Positions 13,891 to 30,276 of a DNA stretch of 64,000 nucleotides are shown piece after piece. The DNA lies in contig CM082580.2 in NCBI GenBank assembly GCA_040954595.2, forward strand, positions 10,828,390 to 10,892,389. The letters run 5' to 3'. Within the stretch, counting starts at the first letter, position 1, and each line of letters starts with the position of its first letter. The notes beneath the pieces were generated by a model. It was not told the origin of the DNA. It did not search any database and saw nothing but the letters and a program-made list of their open reading frames with translations. Origin of the DNA: Balanoglossus misakiensis (Eukaryota; Animalia; Hemichordata). Both the position numbers and the translations under genes were made by a program.

Positions 13891-16398
13891 TCATAGTTTG
13901 GACCATGCGCTTCTTCTACGGACGAGTTCCCTTGAGATGTCGCTTAACTGACAACAACCTAACAGGAGGAAAGAGAAAGGAATTAGCAAAGGTACATCAG
14001 TGACCCGTATCTCGTATGTGCTGATTTCGTTGTTTCTTGTGTGTTCGGTCTACTCTCAGCCCCCAAAACTTGTTTGTTGATCATTCATTACCGCGGATTT
14101 GTTATTCATCATAGTTCTGACGAGACAAACGGGGGGTGAACTAACCTGTCAAAGCCATGGCTCGACTCAGCTCATCCAGGAGAATTCGAAGAACATGTTT
14201 TACCCCTTCTTCGCCCTTGAATAAACGAATAACAGTCGATGATTATATTAGAATATTACATATACTTCTACTAAGATTATACGGTTAGCCTTTCGGTCAG
14301 TGCTCTCAATGCCACCATGTCAATGTAGAATAGGACAGTTGATATTTTTGAAACCCTTATCACAGGTTGCAAGTACTGTCGTCGTCATCTATTTTGAAAT
14401 AATATATTTAAGTGGTTTCTAAATAAATATTTTAAAAGGCTCTCTTATGATGCACGGAATCTCATATTGCATATACATACGTTACACGCCAGTCCATACA
14501 GCACCGGTCTGCCGATAAACACCGCCCTCGCACCCAACGCCAATGCCTTCAAAACATCGGTGCCTGTTCTGACGCCGCCATCCACGTACACTTCCACTTT
14601 GTCACCGACCGCGTCAACGATGTCCGCTAAAACATCAATCTATCATAAAATGAATATGGACAATGAACTTACATATGTGAACTAAAATTTAGTACATGTA
14701 CCTCAACCGCCAAAGAATCAGAGCTACATGTACATGAAATTATAACTTTTACACCTTACCGTTCCTTGGACGCCATCCAACTGCCTTCCACCATGATTAG
14801 ATACAATAATACCCTGCACATTATGTTCCACGGCTAGAACAGCGTCTTCTACAGTCAGAATGCCCTTCAGGACGATCGGTAGCTTGGTCAAAGTTCTAAG
14901 CCATGTTATGTCCTTCCATGTACTGCTGCTATCGGTACGTGTAAGCTGAAATATTCCTGTCGGATCCGCATTCTTTTGTTACGGGAGGAGAGATAAAGTC
15001 TGTCATTTTTCAATGTTTGGAAATATGCAGGTTTCTGATACATGTACACGCATACTGTAAAATGATGGCGTGCATAAGGTCGAACTTCAATCATTTGTTT
15101 TACTACTTTATCTGAAATGCGGGCATTCAAGATTTGTTCAGCATTCAATAGCGAAACAAAAATATTCCCAATATGTTACTATAGTTATTCAAATTGAAAG
15201 ACTTAGGGGCCTATGATCTCACTCTTTGAAATGACGTATTAAAATGCCGCAGTGAGCAATTATTACCTTGTTAACGTACTTATCTAGAGTACCAAATCGC
15301 ACTTGGGCCAAGTTTGAAGCGCTCGGTCCCCTTACTCGCATAAAGCGCCTCCTAAAACCGATTTCTGGAATGTCCACCGATACAACAATCGCCGTGAAGC
15401 CTGCCCTCTCTGCCCGTCCCACCACGTCTTTTGTTATCCCCCGATCATGCCAAATGAAGATTTGCTGCCATTTTAATGATGATGGTCGTGCGGCAGCAAT
15501 TTCTTCCAGGGATTTATTGGATACAGAACTCGCGGTCATCAGTGTGTTCATGTCGGCTGCAGCTGTTCATGGAGATTGTCAAAGTAATTGTAGAACAACA
15601 GAAAGTTGGTAAGAAACAGAGATGAAAACAATTTAATTGACGGGGTTTTTTATGAGTAATTTTTTAGAATATGTATGCTACTGTGAAGAGACAGTGAGGG
15701 ACTCTACTATTGGCAATGTTTCTTTGCCATACAAACGACTGGTGACTTACCCTTACATGTAGCAATTTCGCCATCGGGGTGTGCAAAACCGTGGCTAGCT
15801 GTGGGCGATATGCAAATTGGCATATCAATCTTCTCACCGAGAATGGTAGTCGAAGTGTCCCTGAGCAAAACATTTTTCAGCACGCGTGGTTTCAACCAAT
15901 ACCTGCGGAACCAACGAATAATGACACATGGTTCGAATCGGTGAGAAAGAATAATGTTTCCTCGTAGTTTCGCTACTATTTATACCTAAGTTTTATGGTT
16001 TGCCGACGTTTTGAGTGTTTATCGTCAAAGATTTGAACAAATATAGTACCCACCCACTTTTTTTCTAGTCACTCGGTGAATCGCACCTGGTCTGTCTTGC
16101 TTATTTTTCTTATATATTTGAATTATGGTATAACCAGCCAGGACACGACAGTGCTTTGTCGTAGGAACACATAAATTCTCAATATCCTGACCTAAGGCCA
16201 CAAGTACCAACCGCGGTCTTGACCCGGTGTCAAGAAAGACCCACACAATTCCTACCTCAGATATGCAGTCCTATTTTCTCTGAGGGTTTCTTCACCGTCT
16301 GCCCCTGAACTATAGTATGACCATGTTAGAACTGGCAAGACTTCGCTCGCCCGCGTTTCAAAATCATCCAAACACAGTAGCTGGTGGCTGTTTGGCAT
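13891..16398 (-). CDS. 2-hydroxyacid oxidase (HAO/glycolate oxidase family), copy A
   Basis: Exons 16398-16256, 15902-15751, 15562-15267, 14972-14760, 14639-14481, 14215-14146, 13958-13891. Motifs [56 protein letters not shown]-terminal SKL (PTS1). Confidence 0.9.
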
Positions 16399-17192
16399 TT
16401 CGTTGCTGTGTGTGCTTCGTAAAATGACCGACACTTTGTGAAGATGGATTGTCGACCCCGAGTTGCTTCAACCTTTCATTGTGAACAATTTGGAATGGAT
16501 TCACCTTTGAACTGTGTGCTATATACATCACGCCCGCGTCTTTACCTGGTTCCATCGTATGGCAATGAACATGCCACAGACCATGACCAACCCAAGGGTA
16601 CAACATCAACCCTTTCGCCAACATGGTTTGGTCCAAATCCATTGTTTTCTATATGGTAAACATGGACCTCTAGAGCAATGAACTGGGGGTGAAGGGGTTA
16701 AATATACACTGTTGATTGATACCAGTACAAATAAGGTCATGTCGGCGACCATGTAAAGATTCAACCGATAAGCCACACTTTAAAGCTCCAATAACTCTAT
16801 AATGTTTGGCGTTTATTTTCAGTCCTTGATTTTTATTGTGTATACATCTAATGGTGCATAGTCTAAGTACTCCTGGCATAGATTCTGATCATTGTTTAGT
16901 GTGCGTATATAAGAAGATATTGATGAGGAAAGATTGCATTAACCTTCAATTTCTGTAGATTTATTCACATGTAGAATTTGCTAGTATGAGCACGGGATCA
17001 TGATAACCTATACAATCGTAAAATACGACAGCATTCATCTGTGATACGTGTTATCGAAGTGACGAAATTCCATATGAACACCGCAACGTTAATTTGAGTT
17101 TAGTTTTCAAAGATCGTAGAGTAACTGAAATGATCGCAGATACAAAAAAAACACACACGTAAAGTGCTGAGGTCGAAGTGGCTTCTGGGTAA

Positions 17193-20100
17193 TTATAATT
17201 TAGACCACGTGTCCCTCCTGCTCAAAAGAGCTCTGGTGATGTCGTCCGGTCGGCTACACCCTGAAATAAAAAAAAAAACTTGAAGTATATTTTCATTTAT
17301 AAAACGGAAGCAACTGCGTCGCATCGTAGAGCATATGACCTGCCAGGTCGTGCTTTGACGGTTGGTCATCTGAAATTGTCTCGTATAGCTGGTACAGGTG
17401 TGCCACAAATCTCCGATTCGAGTCTCTGCGCCGTGATTGGTCGACCACGCGGACATTGGCCCAGGCCTCGTCCAATGAAATTGTCGATAGCATGTGAGGG
17501 ATGATATTGAGAAATCTAACCTGACAAAGCCATGGCTCTGCGTAGTTCGTCTCGTAGGATCCGAAGCACGTGTTTCACGCCTTCTTCACCCTGAAAGAAC
17601 GGATAAAGGTTTCAAACTGCGATAACTGCAAGTCCTCACAATGCCTTCGAAGGGAATTAAGCTAGAGTGTCGAACACACCATTTCACGGTAAGCCATTTT
17701 AATTCTTCTACGAGCGTAAATTGAGCCGCTGTAGATAATACACGCCTTCGTGTAGGTAAATGGTTTTCTGACATACATTGCACGCCAGTCCATACAGCAC
17801 CGGTCTGCCAATGAACACCGCCCTCGCACCCAACGCCAAGGCCTTCAAAACATCGGTGCCAGTTCTGACGCCGCCATCCACGTACACTTCCACTTTGTCA
17901 CCGACCGCGTCAACGATGTCCGCTAAAACATCAATCTTGAAACACAAAACAGGAAGAGACTCAACTGATGAAGGGGTCATCTGTTTGTATCATAGGCGAG
18001 TGAGCTGCTTGATTCAGTGGTCTTATCGAACAGATAGAGAATTCTGCACCACGACCAGCTAAGTAACCACCTACCCAAATGAAGGGAATTCTGTCAAATA
18101 ACCCTTGAAAATTAGTTTAAATTCTCAGACATACAACTTGTAGTGTTGCACACTCACGCCAAGCTTTTTTTTGTGTGTGCATATTCCTGTCGCATAATTT
18201 GAGAGACCGCCACTGTAGTGCAACCACCTGTTGCCGGTGAGTTCGCACCTGTTGCAGTAAAGGGCGGTAGGCTCTAGAATCAACCCCCCCCCCCCCCCCA
18301 TAAGCCAGCTTCTAGGACAAATGTAATAAGTTAAAAAGGACTAGATAAATAGGGTCTTACCGTAGCTGTTACACCGTCCAACTGCCGACCGCCGTGGTTG
18401 GATACGAGTATTCCCTGCACATTATGTTCCACTGCTAGAACTGCGTCCTCTACCGTCAGGATCCCTTTCAAGACGATTGGCAGGCGGGTCACAGTTTTCA
18501 GCCATGCTATATCCTTCCATGTGCTGCTGTCGCGCGATTTTACTAGCTGTTCCGTGTCTTGGCTTTGGTCTGCATTCTTTTGTGAAAAATAAACGGGATT
18601 TGGTGGTGCCTTCTGCACTCACGCAATGATGATACACCAAGTGACCACAGAGCATGCGCGCCACGCTAGTCTATAGTATGGAAATACTGTGAAACGGGTT
18701 ATTTTCGCGAGCAATACATTTTCGCGAAATACGCGAGAGCAAAAAACGTGAAAATAAAATATTTTTTTCGGAGATAATACTGTAACAAATTGTGTCTGTA
18801 ATACGTATATGACAGATGTTATTTACCTTGTTAGTATACTTGTCAAAATTACCAAAGTGCACATCGGAAAGAGCAAGTTTCCCGCCTGCCCTTGCAAATC
18901 TTCTTCTAATTCCGACTACTGGAATGTCCACCGATACAACAATCGCCGTGAAGCCTGCCCTCTCTGCTCGTCTCAACACGTCTTTCGTTATTTCACGATC
19001 ATTCCAAATGAACATTTGCTGCCATTTTAATGACGTAGGTCGTGCGGCAGCTATTTCTTCCAGCGATTTAGTGGATAATGAACTCGCGGTCATGAGTGTG
19101 TTCGTATCGGCTGCAGCTGTGATTGAAACGGGAAATGTGATTTTAATGTGAAAAGTAAGTTAAACTTCAAAACGGAATGATAATTGTTTTAAACTGTATG
19201 CATTTATTCTCTCTCAGTGTCACAGACGCATTTTGCAGCGTTCGACGCACCTATAATTGGGAAATATTTGAAAAAAACTGTCACGATGTTATCCGCACGG
19301 TGTTTCCATTATACTCTCTTCACAGAACATGTCCACGCATGTTTATCACATTAGTAACTGCTTTGAATATCTGAGTTAAGTCGTCATTCGACATTTTGCT
19401 AAAGTCATTCATAGGAAAGTAGAAACCTTAAAGATGGGCGGGCGTGATTAATAGCATTGGCCAAAAATGCGAAACTCGTTATTTAGTAGTTTACCTTTGC
19501 AGGTTGCAATTTCTCCATCGGGGTGTGCAAATCCGTGTAGCGCTGTTGGTGATATACAGATCGGAGCATCTACCCTTGCACCAAGCACATTAATTGACAT
19601 ATCTATGACTGAAACATCTTTTAGTACTCGTGGTTTCAGCCAATATCTGTGACCAGAAAACGCCTTGCAATTAAGGATCGGCAGGACAATCAAAACACAG
19701 TGGCATATTTGGTACACAAAGTCATGTAAAGTAACGCCTGTGGTTTTTCTACCGAAATATTATTTAGAATATTTGCAACAAGATATTTACGCCAACTTTC
19801 TTCACAGAAAAGGAATTCTTCTCATATCGTATTCAAAAGTTGTGTATAATAAAATTAATAACACATTATACCCAAGTAACATCACGATTTATTACCTGCG
19901 CGAGGGATGGTGATTTCGACCTCTGCTGACCATAGTATTGATGATGCTCGAGCCGAATTTGGCGTCAATAGTATGGTCAGAATTCACCATACCTCGAGCA
20001 GGCTGCAAATCATGATACACATGCACTGTTTTGCCAATAGCCATCATGTGTTATTTCGGGGAATTTTCCCACCTGCTGAACGCATTTCTACTCTCTCCAA

Positions 20101-20215
20101 GTGTTGCTTCATCGTCGGCTCCACAACTGTAATATGCCCATGCGCGAGGTGGAAGCACTTCCTGGGCCCGTGCTTCGTAATCACCGACACACACCAGTGC
20201 TCTCCGGTCCACCAT
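17193..20215 (-). CDS. 2-hydroxyacid oxidase, copy B
   Basis: Exons 20215-20073, 19646-19495, 19116-18827, 18576-18361, 17935-17777, 17590-17521, 17260-17193. Same motifs as copy A. Ends DTWSKL*. Confidence 0.9.
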
Positions 20216-20935
20216 GTCTGTAAGTTTGGTCAATGGACTGTCGCTGAGATGTCAAAGATTCTCAGTGCACTCATTCTGTCAGTGGGTCGTGCTTGTGTTT
20301 GTGCAGGCGCTTGATTCGTACGTTAAACACGTGACGATAAGAACCAATTTTGGACACGTGCATGTGACTAAAATATGCAAAACAATTGGCAGCGTGTATT
20401 CACGACACACCCGTTGCATCTGTTGTAGTTTTACCTCTTGTAGACCATTCAATCTTTGATAGATGTGCGAGAGAACGGGTTGTAAATCCGTGCAATCATT
20501 ACCATAATCATAAAACAACAGAGACACCGCACGATTTTCTTGATATTTTTGTTTCGGTAACCAGTGGAATTCTGCAAAAAATGCATGACATGTTATTGCT
20601 GTGAGTGATAAGCTTATCTCGTAGTTCGAATATTTTGTTTATCAGAATAATAGAGTCAACACTGACAGAGCTGGGAAAATGTATTGTTTATTTTCAATGA
20701 TAACAGAGTTAAAAGTCATCAGATTAACGTGCTTCAAATCACGTTTAGCAAGCAGGTTTGTCAATAGGATACCAAGTCAAAGTCAATCCAACTACAGTTA
20801 GTGCTCTCGGTAGTAAAATGAAAGTCAGAACTTTTTAGTGTATTTTTTACACAGCAGTATAGAAGTTTACGAAAAAAAACTTTCAAATGACATGCCGATG
20901 GACAATCAAGTAATAAGTCCTTCTAATATTGTCGA

Positions 20936-23531
<2,596 letters not shown>

Positions 23532-24160
23532 TTCAAAAGTCAGTTGTCTGGGTCATAGATGTCATGTTGAATACGTGCACATACTCCTTTTCATAGAAGG
23601 GTCTGATAAGGACGGCGGTAAATCGACGTTGGTAAACGCGGTCTGGTCATTCAGGTTATGCAAAGGTCGCCGGTACACAGCTATGCCATAGGTAGAATGA
23701 GTGTTATAACTTATAAATGTGCTGCGACCCTTCGGTATAATCAAACAGCAGACACACCGCACTACTTTCTTGATATTTTTTATATTTCCATAACCAGTGG
23801 AATTCTACAATGATTGCATGACATGTTCTTGCCCGTGGGTCATAAGCTCATCTCGTAGTTCGAATATTTGGTTTAAAATCAGAATAATAGTGTCAACATT
23901 GACAGAGCTGGAAAACTATTGTTTATTTTCAATGATAGCAGAGTTCAAAACTCAGATTCACGTGTTTCAAATAACATTTAGGGTGTGGCATGCAGGGTTG
24001 TCGATAGGATACCCGGTCAGTCCAACTACGGTTAATGCTTCTCGATGGTATAATGGAAGTCGGAACTGTTAAGTGTGTTTGTCACACAGCAGAAGAAGAT
24101 TGAGGTTAAACCTGACATAAATGATGGAAAAATTAAGTTTGAATCGCTCTAATTGTCGTT

Positions 24161-26570
24161 TTACAGTTTGGACCACATTTCCTTTCTACTGAGAAGAGCC
24201 GCTGAGATGTCATCCAATCGGGCACATCCTGAAGTAGACAACAAATCTTTCAAATTAGTTTCGTGATAGACTGAAATGGAGTCAACAATAATGCAGCACA
24301 CAATAGTGGTCCAAGTCTTGGAGAAATAGTCTGGTAAGCATGTGAAGATTTTTGGTTTACGAAAACTTTACCTGATAAAGCCATGGCCATGCTTAGCTCA
24401 TCTCGTAGAATCTGAAGCACGTGTTTAACGCCATCTTCTCCCTTGAGGAAAGAATAATATTGTGTTAAATATAGGCCTGTGATAAGTGCAAGTGTTTAGA
24501 AATTGTAAAGATATTTTCGACAGAAACGTTCAACTCTGTTTCATGGGCACAACAGTAGAGGATCAGGGAAAAGCTAACTTCACCATGATCCTTTCTCAGT
24601 CATGTTTGCTTCGGGTATAACGATTAGTAGAAATGGGGAAACGTATACTCAGCTTTCGTTATCAATTGTCCGTGACTGTGAATGTTAGTAAACTAGAGTC
24701 TGACCTACATTACACGCCAGTCCATACAGCACCGGTCTGCCAATGAACACCGCCCTCGCACCCAACGCCAATGCCTTCAAAACATCGGTGCCAGTTCTGA
24801 CGCCGCCATCCACGTACACTTCCACTTTGTCACCGACCGCGTCAACGATGTCCGCTAAAACATCAATCTATCATAAAATGAATATGGACAATGAACTTGC
24901 ATATGTGAACTAAAATCTATCCTAAACATGAATGAATGAATGAATGAATGAATGAATGAATGAATGAATGAATGAATGAATGAATGAATGAATGAATGAA
25001 TGAATGAATGAATGAATGAATGAATGAATGAATGAATTGTGTGGGTTTGTATGTGTGTGATGGGGGGGGGGGTTACCTCAGCCGTAATTATAATTTTTAC
25101 ACCTCACCGTTCCTTGGACGCCATCCAATTGCCTTCCACCATGATTAGATACAATAATACCCTGCACATTATGTTCCACGGCTAGAACAGCGTCCTCTAC
25201 CGTCAGAATGCCCTTCAGGACGATCGGTAGCTTGGTCACCGTTTTAAGCCACGTTATGTCCTTCCACGTACTTCTGGCGTCTCCATGAACAATGTCAGCT
25301 GAAGCAATTGGTGGAACATCTTTCAACGACTTCTCCGTCTTTGATAAAAAAGTAAATACATAAATAAATAGACAGATAGACATACAGAAAGGCAGAGATA
25401 GACAGGCAGACAGACATAGGCAGACATAGATAGATAATTAGATAGATAGATAGTTTACATGTACGTACTTGGTGAATATACATGTCCACATTTCCACATT
25501 GCACATTTTTAAATACAGCACGTCCAACGATCCGTTGAAACTCTCTCTTGAAGCCAAGTATCGGCATGTCCACGGATACCACAATCGCTTTGAAGCCTGC
25601 CTTCTCTGCCCGTCCAACCATATCTTTTGTTACGTCGCGAGGGTTCCAGATAGACAGATTCTGCCACTTGATGGATGTCGGTCGCACGGCAGAGATGTCT
25701 TCCAGAGATTTGGTTGACATGGCACTCAACGTCATCAGTGTGTTCATATCGGATGCAGCTGGAAATTGACAAATAGATGGGATGTTTGAATTTGAGGAAC
25801 GGGGGTCAGTGAATCAATCAACGCAAAGATGCATGGGCGTAATTGTAGAGCACTGAAAATGACATTGGGTCTAAGACGTTAAAAAACAAATCGTCCACCT
25901 GCTGGCCAGATTTGAGCGTTTTTGAGAGGTTGTTCAGCATTGTGGTACATGTGTGTATTAATCTCCAAGTCATGCTGTGTTGGAGTACTGTACCTTTACA
26001 AGTTGCTATTTCTCCGTCAGGATGTGCCATGCCTTGATAACCTGTTGGCGATATACAGATCGGTATGTCTAGCTTTTCACCTAGCACGGTAGTCGACATG
26101 TCTCTTACTGAAACATCTCTCAGTACTCTTGGCTTTAACCAGTATCTGTCAAATCGAAATCATCTAAGCAATTGCGGTAGAAGTTTTCTGGGATAGGATT
26201 AGGAAACCCATTCACTATAAGTATTCGGCCTTGTACTGATCGTCAAAATTCAAAGAAACGCTTCAAAATTCTGAATATTCCAAGATTGAATCTGACTTGA
26301 TTTGCTCAGTAACAAATTGACATTTTCAGAACCACACCCACAACTCCTTCCACGACTATCGGATTTTTTATAACCTGTGCAAGCAGGTCTTAAGTTAACC
26401 TTTTTCGACCATGACTTTATTATGTCCTACCTGCTGAACGCCTTCCTGTTCTCTCTGAGCGTTTCTTCGCCGTCGGCCCCGGAAGAATAATATAGCCATG
26501 CTAGATGTGGCAGTACTTCACGAGCCCGAGCTTCGAAATCATCGATGCAGACTAATGTTGTGTCCGCCAT
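24161..26570 (-). CDS. 2-hydroxyacid oxidase, copy D
   Basis: Exons 26570-26431, 26145-25994, 25758-25469, 25338-25108, 24867-24709, 24441-24372, 24228-24161. Ends EMWSKL*. Confidence 0.9.
24928..25036 (+). repeat. (TGAA)n microsatellite in HAO-D intron 4
   Basis: About 110 bp of perfect tetranucleotide repeat. Confidence 0.95.
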
Positions 26571-27491
26571 TTCAAAAGTCAGTTGTCTGCATGGGTCATA
26601 GATGTCACGGGTCAGTTGAATGCCGAAGTATATCACGTGTGAATACTCCTTTTCATAGTACCTGCGTGAAGGCCCTGATTAAGAATGGCGGTACAAAGGC
26701 ATTGGCAAGCGCCGCCTGGCCATGAAAGTTACGCAAAGGTCACTGCTACACAGTTATGCTATTGGTAGAATGAGTGTTATAACTTATAAATGTGCTGCGA
26801 CCCTTCTTAAGTCCGTTTTGTCGGTGTTCGACTTTTATCGTATCCCCACGACCGCCTGAATGAAATCAATGTACCTCCGTATAGTGTTTTTTTTTATGTC
26901 GGGAGGGTGAGTTTCCCTCGGGTGTGTTTCTAGAATCTTATCCTTTTTATTTTGTTATATGACCCATGTTTTACCTCATTACTCAATCATTGATAGCTAT
27001 GCGAGAACGGGTTGTACATCTGTGTAATCATTGGCATAAATCAAACAACAGGCTAGATACACCGCACGATTTTCTTGATATTTTTTATGTTTCAATAACC
27101 AGTGGAATTCTATAAAAATTGCACGACATGTTCTTGCTGTGAGTCATAAGTTTAGTTCGAATACTTGGTTTAAAATCAGAATAATATTGACATCATTGAC
27201 AGAGTTGAGTAAAAGCATTGTTAATATTCAATATAACAGAGTTCAAAACTGGAAAAAGAATACAGGTGATTCTCCACCATTTGCTTCACGTGCTACAAAT
27301 AACGTTAGCGTTTGATAAGCAGGTTTGTCAATTGGATACCCGGCTATTCCAACTAAAGTTAGTGCTTCTCGATGGTAAAATGGAAGTCAGAACTGTTTAG
27401 TGTGTTTTTAAACAGCAGTACCTAGAAGATTGCGGTAAAACCTCAAATGACATAAACGATAGAATCAAGTTTGAATCGCTATAATTGTCGT

Positions 27492-29721
27492 TTACAGTTT
27501 GGAGCACGCTTCCTTTCTACTGAGAAGAGCTGCTGAGATGTCATCCAATCGGGCACATCCTGAAATGTACAACAAATCTTTCAAATTAGTATCGTGATGG
27601 ACAGAAATGGAGTAAACAATAATGCAGCACACATACTGGTCCAAGTCTTGGAGAAATAGTCTGGTAAGCATGTGAAGATTTTTGGTTTACGAAAAATTTA
27701 CCTGATAAAGCCATGGCCCTACTTAGCTCATCTCGTAGAATCTGAAGCACTTGTTTAACGCCATCTTCTCCCTTGAGGAAAGAATAATATTGTGTTAGAA
27801 AATGTATGACTGTGATAAGTGCAAGTTAGTATAACTATTTAGACAGAAATCTTAAAGTCAGTTTCATGGGCACAGCAGTAGAGAGTCGGGGAAAAGCCTA
27901 CACTTCACGATAACATTTTCTCAGTCCTGTTTGCTTCGAGTGTTACGATTAGTAGAAATGGAGAAACGTACTGAGCTTTCGTTATCAATTGTCCGTGACT
28001 GTGAATGTTAGTAAACTAGAGTCTGACCTACATTACACGCCAGTCCATACAGCACTGGTCTGCCAATGAACACCGCCCTCGCACCCAACGCCAATGCCTT
28101 CAAAACATCGGTGCCTGTTCTGACGCCGCCATCCACGTACACTTCCACTTTGTCACCGACCGCGTCAACGATGTCCGCTAAAACATCAATCTATCATAAA
28201 ATGTAATGTAGCATAAACATAAATGCATGCCTGCATGCATGATAGTACCTGGGCCGTTACGGTTGAAGAGAGAAAACCACAGTCTTTACTCAAAGAATCA
28301 GAGCTAAATGTAGTTATAACTTTTACACCTTACCGTTCCTTGGACGCCATCCAATTGCCTTCCACCATGATTAGATACAATTATACCCTGCACATTATGT
28401 TCCACGGCTAGAACAACGTCTTCTACCGTCAGAATGCCTTTAAGGACTATCGGTAGGTGGGTCACCGTTTTAAGCCACGCTATGTCCTTCCATGTACTTC
28501 TGGCGTCTCCCTGAACGATGTGAGATGACGCAATTGGTGGTACATCTTTCAACGACTTCTCGGTCTTCTATGAAAAACAAAAGTACATAAATAAATAAAT
28601 AAATAAATAGACAGAGAGATAGACAGGCAGACATACATAGGCAGACATAGATAGATAGTTTACATGTACGTACTTGGTGCACATACATGTCCATATTTCC
28701 ATATCGAAGATTTTTAAGTACAACACGTCCAACGATCCGTTGAAACTTGCTCTTGAAGCCAATTATCGGTATGTCCACGGATACCACAATCGCTTTGAAG
28801 CCTGCCCTCTCTGCCCGGCGAACTACATCTTTTATTACGTCGCGAGGGTGCCAGATATAAACATTTTGCCATTTGATGGATGTTGGTCGCACGGCAGAGA
28901 TGTCTTCCAGAGATTTGGTTGACATGGCACTCATCGTCATGAGTGTTTTCATATCGGATGCAGCTGGAAATTGACAAATAGATGGGTTGTTTGAATTTGA
29001 GGAACGGGGGTCAGTGAATCAATCAACGCAAAGATGCATGGGCGTATTTGTAGGGCACTGAAATTTCTTGATAACTAAAATGATTGGAGCGTTTTTGAGA
29101 GGTTGTTCAGAATTGCGGTACATGTCATGTTGTGTGGGAGTACTGTACCTTTACAAGTTGCAATTTCTCCATCAGGATGTGCCATGCCTTGAAAAGCTGT
29201 TGGCGATATACAGATCGGTATGTCTAGCTTTTCACCTAGCACGGTAGTCGACATGTCTCTCACTGAAACATGTCTCAGTACTCTTGGCTTCAACCAGTAT
29301 CTGTCAAATCGAAATCATCAAAGCAATTGCGGTAAAATTTTTCCGGGATAGGATTAGGAAACCCATTCACTATAAGTATTCAGCCTTCTACTGATCGTCA
29401 AAATTCAAAGAACGCTTCAAAATTCTGATTATTCCAAGATTGAATCTGACTTGATTTGCTCAGTAACAAATTGACATTTTCAGAACCACACCCACAACTC
29501 CTTCCAGGACTATCGGTTTTTTGATAACCTGTGCAAGCAGGTCTTAACCCTTTTTTTTACCATGAGTGTATTATGTCCTACCTGCAGAATGCGTTCCTGT
29601 TCTCTCGTAACGTTTCTTCGCAGTCTGCTCCGGAAGAATAATATAGCCATGCTAAATGTGGCAGTACTTCACGAGCCCGAGCTTCGAAATCATCGATGCA
29701 GACTAACGTTGTGTCCGCCAT
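27492..29721 (-). CDS. 2-hydroxyacid oxidase, copy E
   Basis: Exons 29721-29582, 29300-29149, 28963-28674, 28567-28334, 28190-28032, 27771-27702, 27559-27492. Ends EACSKL*. Confidence 0.9.
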
Positions 29722-30276
29722 TTCAAAAGTCAGTTGTCTGCATGGGTCATAGATGTCACGGGTCAGTTGAATGCAAAAGTACATCACGTGTGAATACTCC
29801 TTTTCATAGTACCGGCGTGAAGGCCCTGATTAAGAACGGTGGTGCAACGGCGTTGGCAAGCGCGGTCTGGTCATTTTTCATCTCTTTTCCAGCATAAAAA
29901 GTAATAATTATTCAAGCCAAACATTGCTGTTAATACATAGTTTTTATTCATTACATTATTGTATTTCTTTGTCAGTTTTTCTCATTATTACGGAGAAGCA
30001 TAGGCTTTAATGTCCAGTCGACTGCATGTATACGCCGTCCGGTGTTCAACGGAATCACTTTGATGTCTCCTGTCCAGTGAAGGTCGTTTCTGGGCAACTC
30101 TGGAATTAGCTGGCATGGAAATAATTGATCATCAGTTCTATGGACATGATGGATTGTGAAGTGAAAGTACAGTCTTCATTGTTCATTATCATACTGCTAC
30201 TGAATCATGATTCATATGATCGGATGATTTAAGAAAAGGGGTGTCGTACATGCGTAGCTCACGATGCATGGCTACC

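Noticed and set aside
13891-16398. HAO-A as a truncated pseudogene
   Set aside because: Exons 4, 6 and 7, which the ORF track misses, were found in frame and end in SKL.
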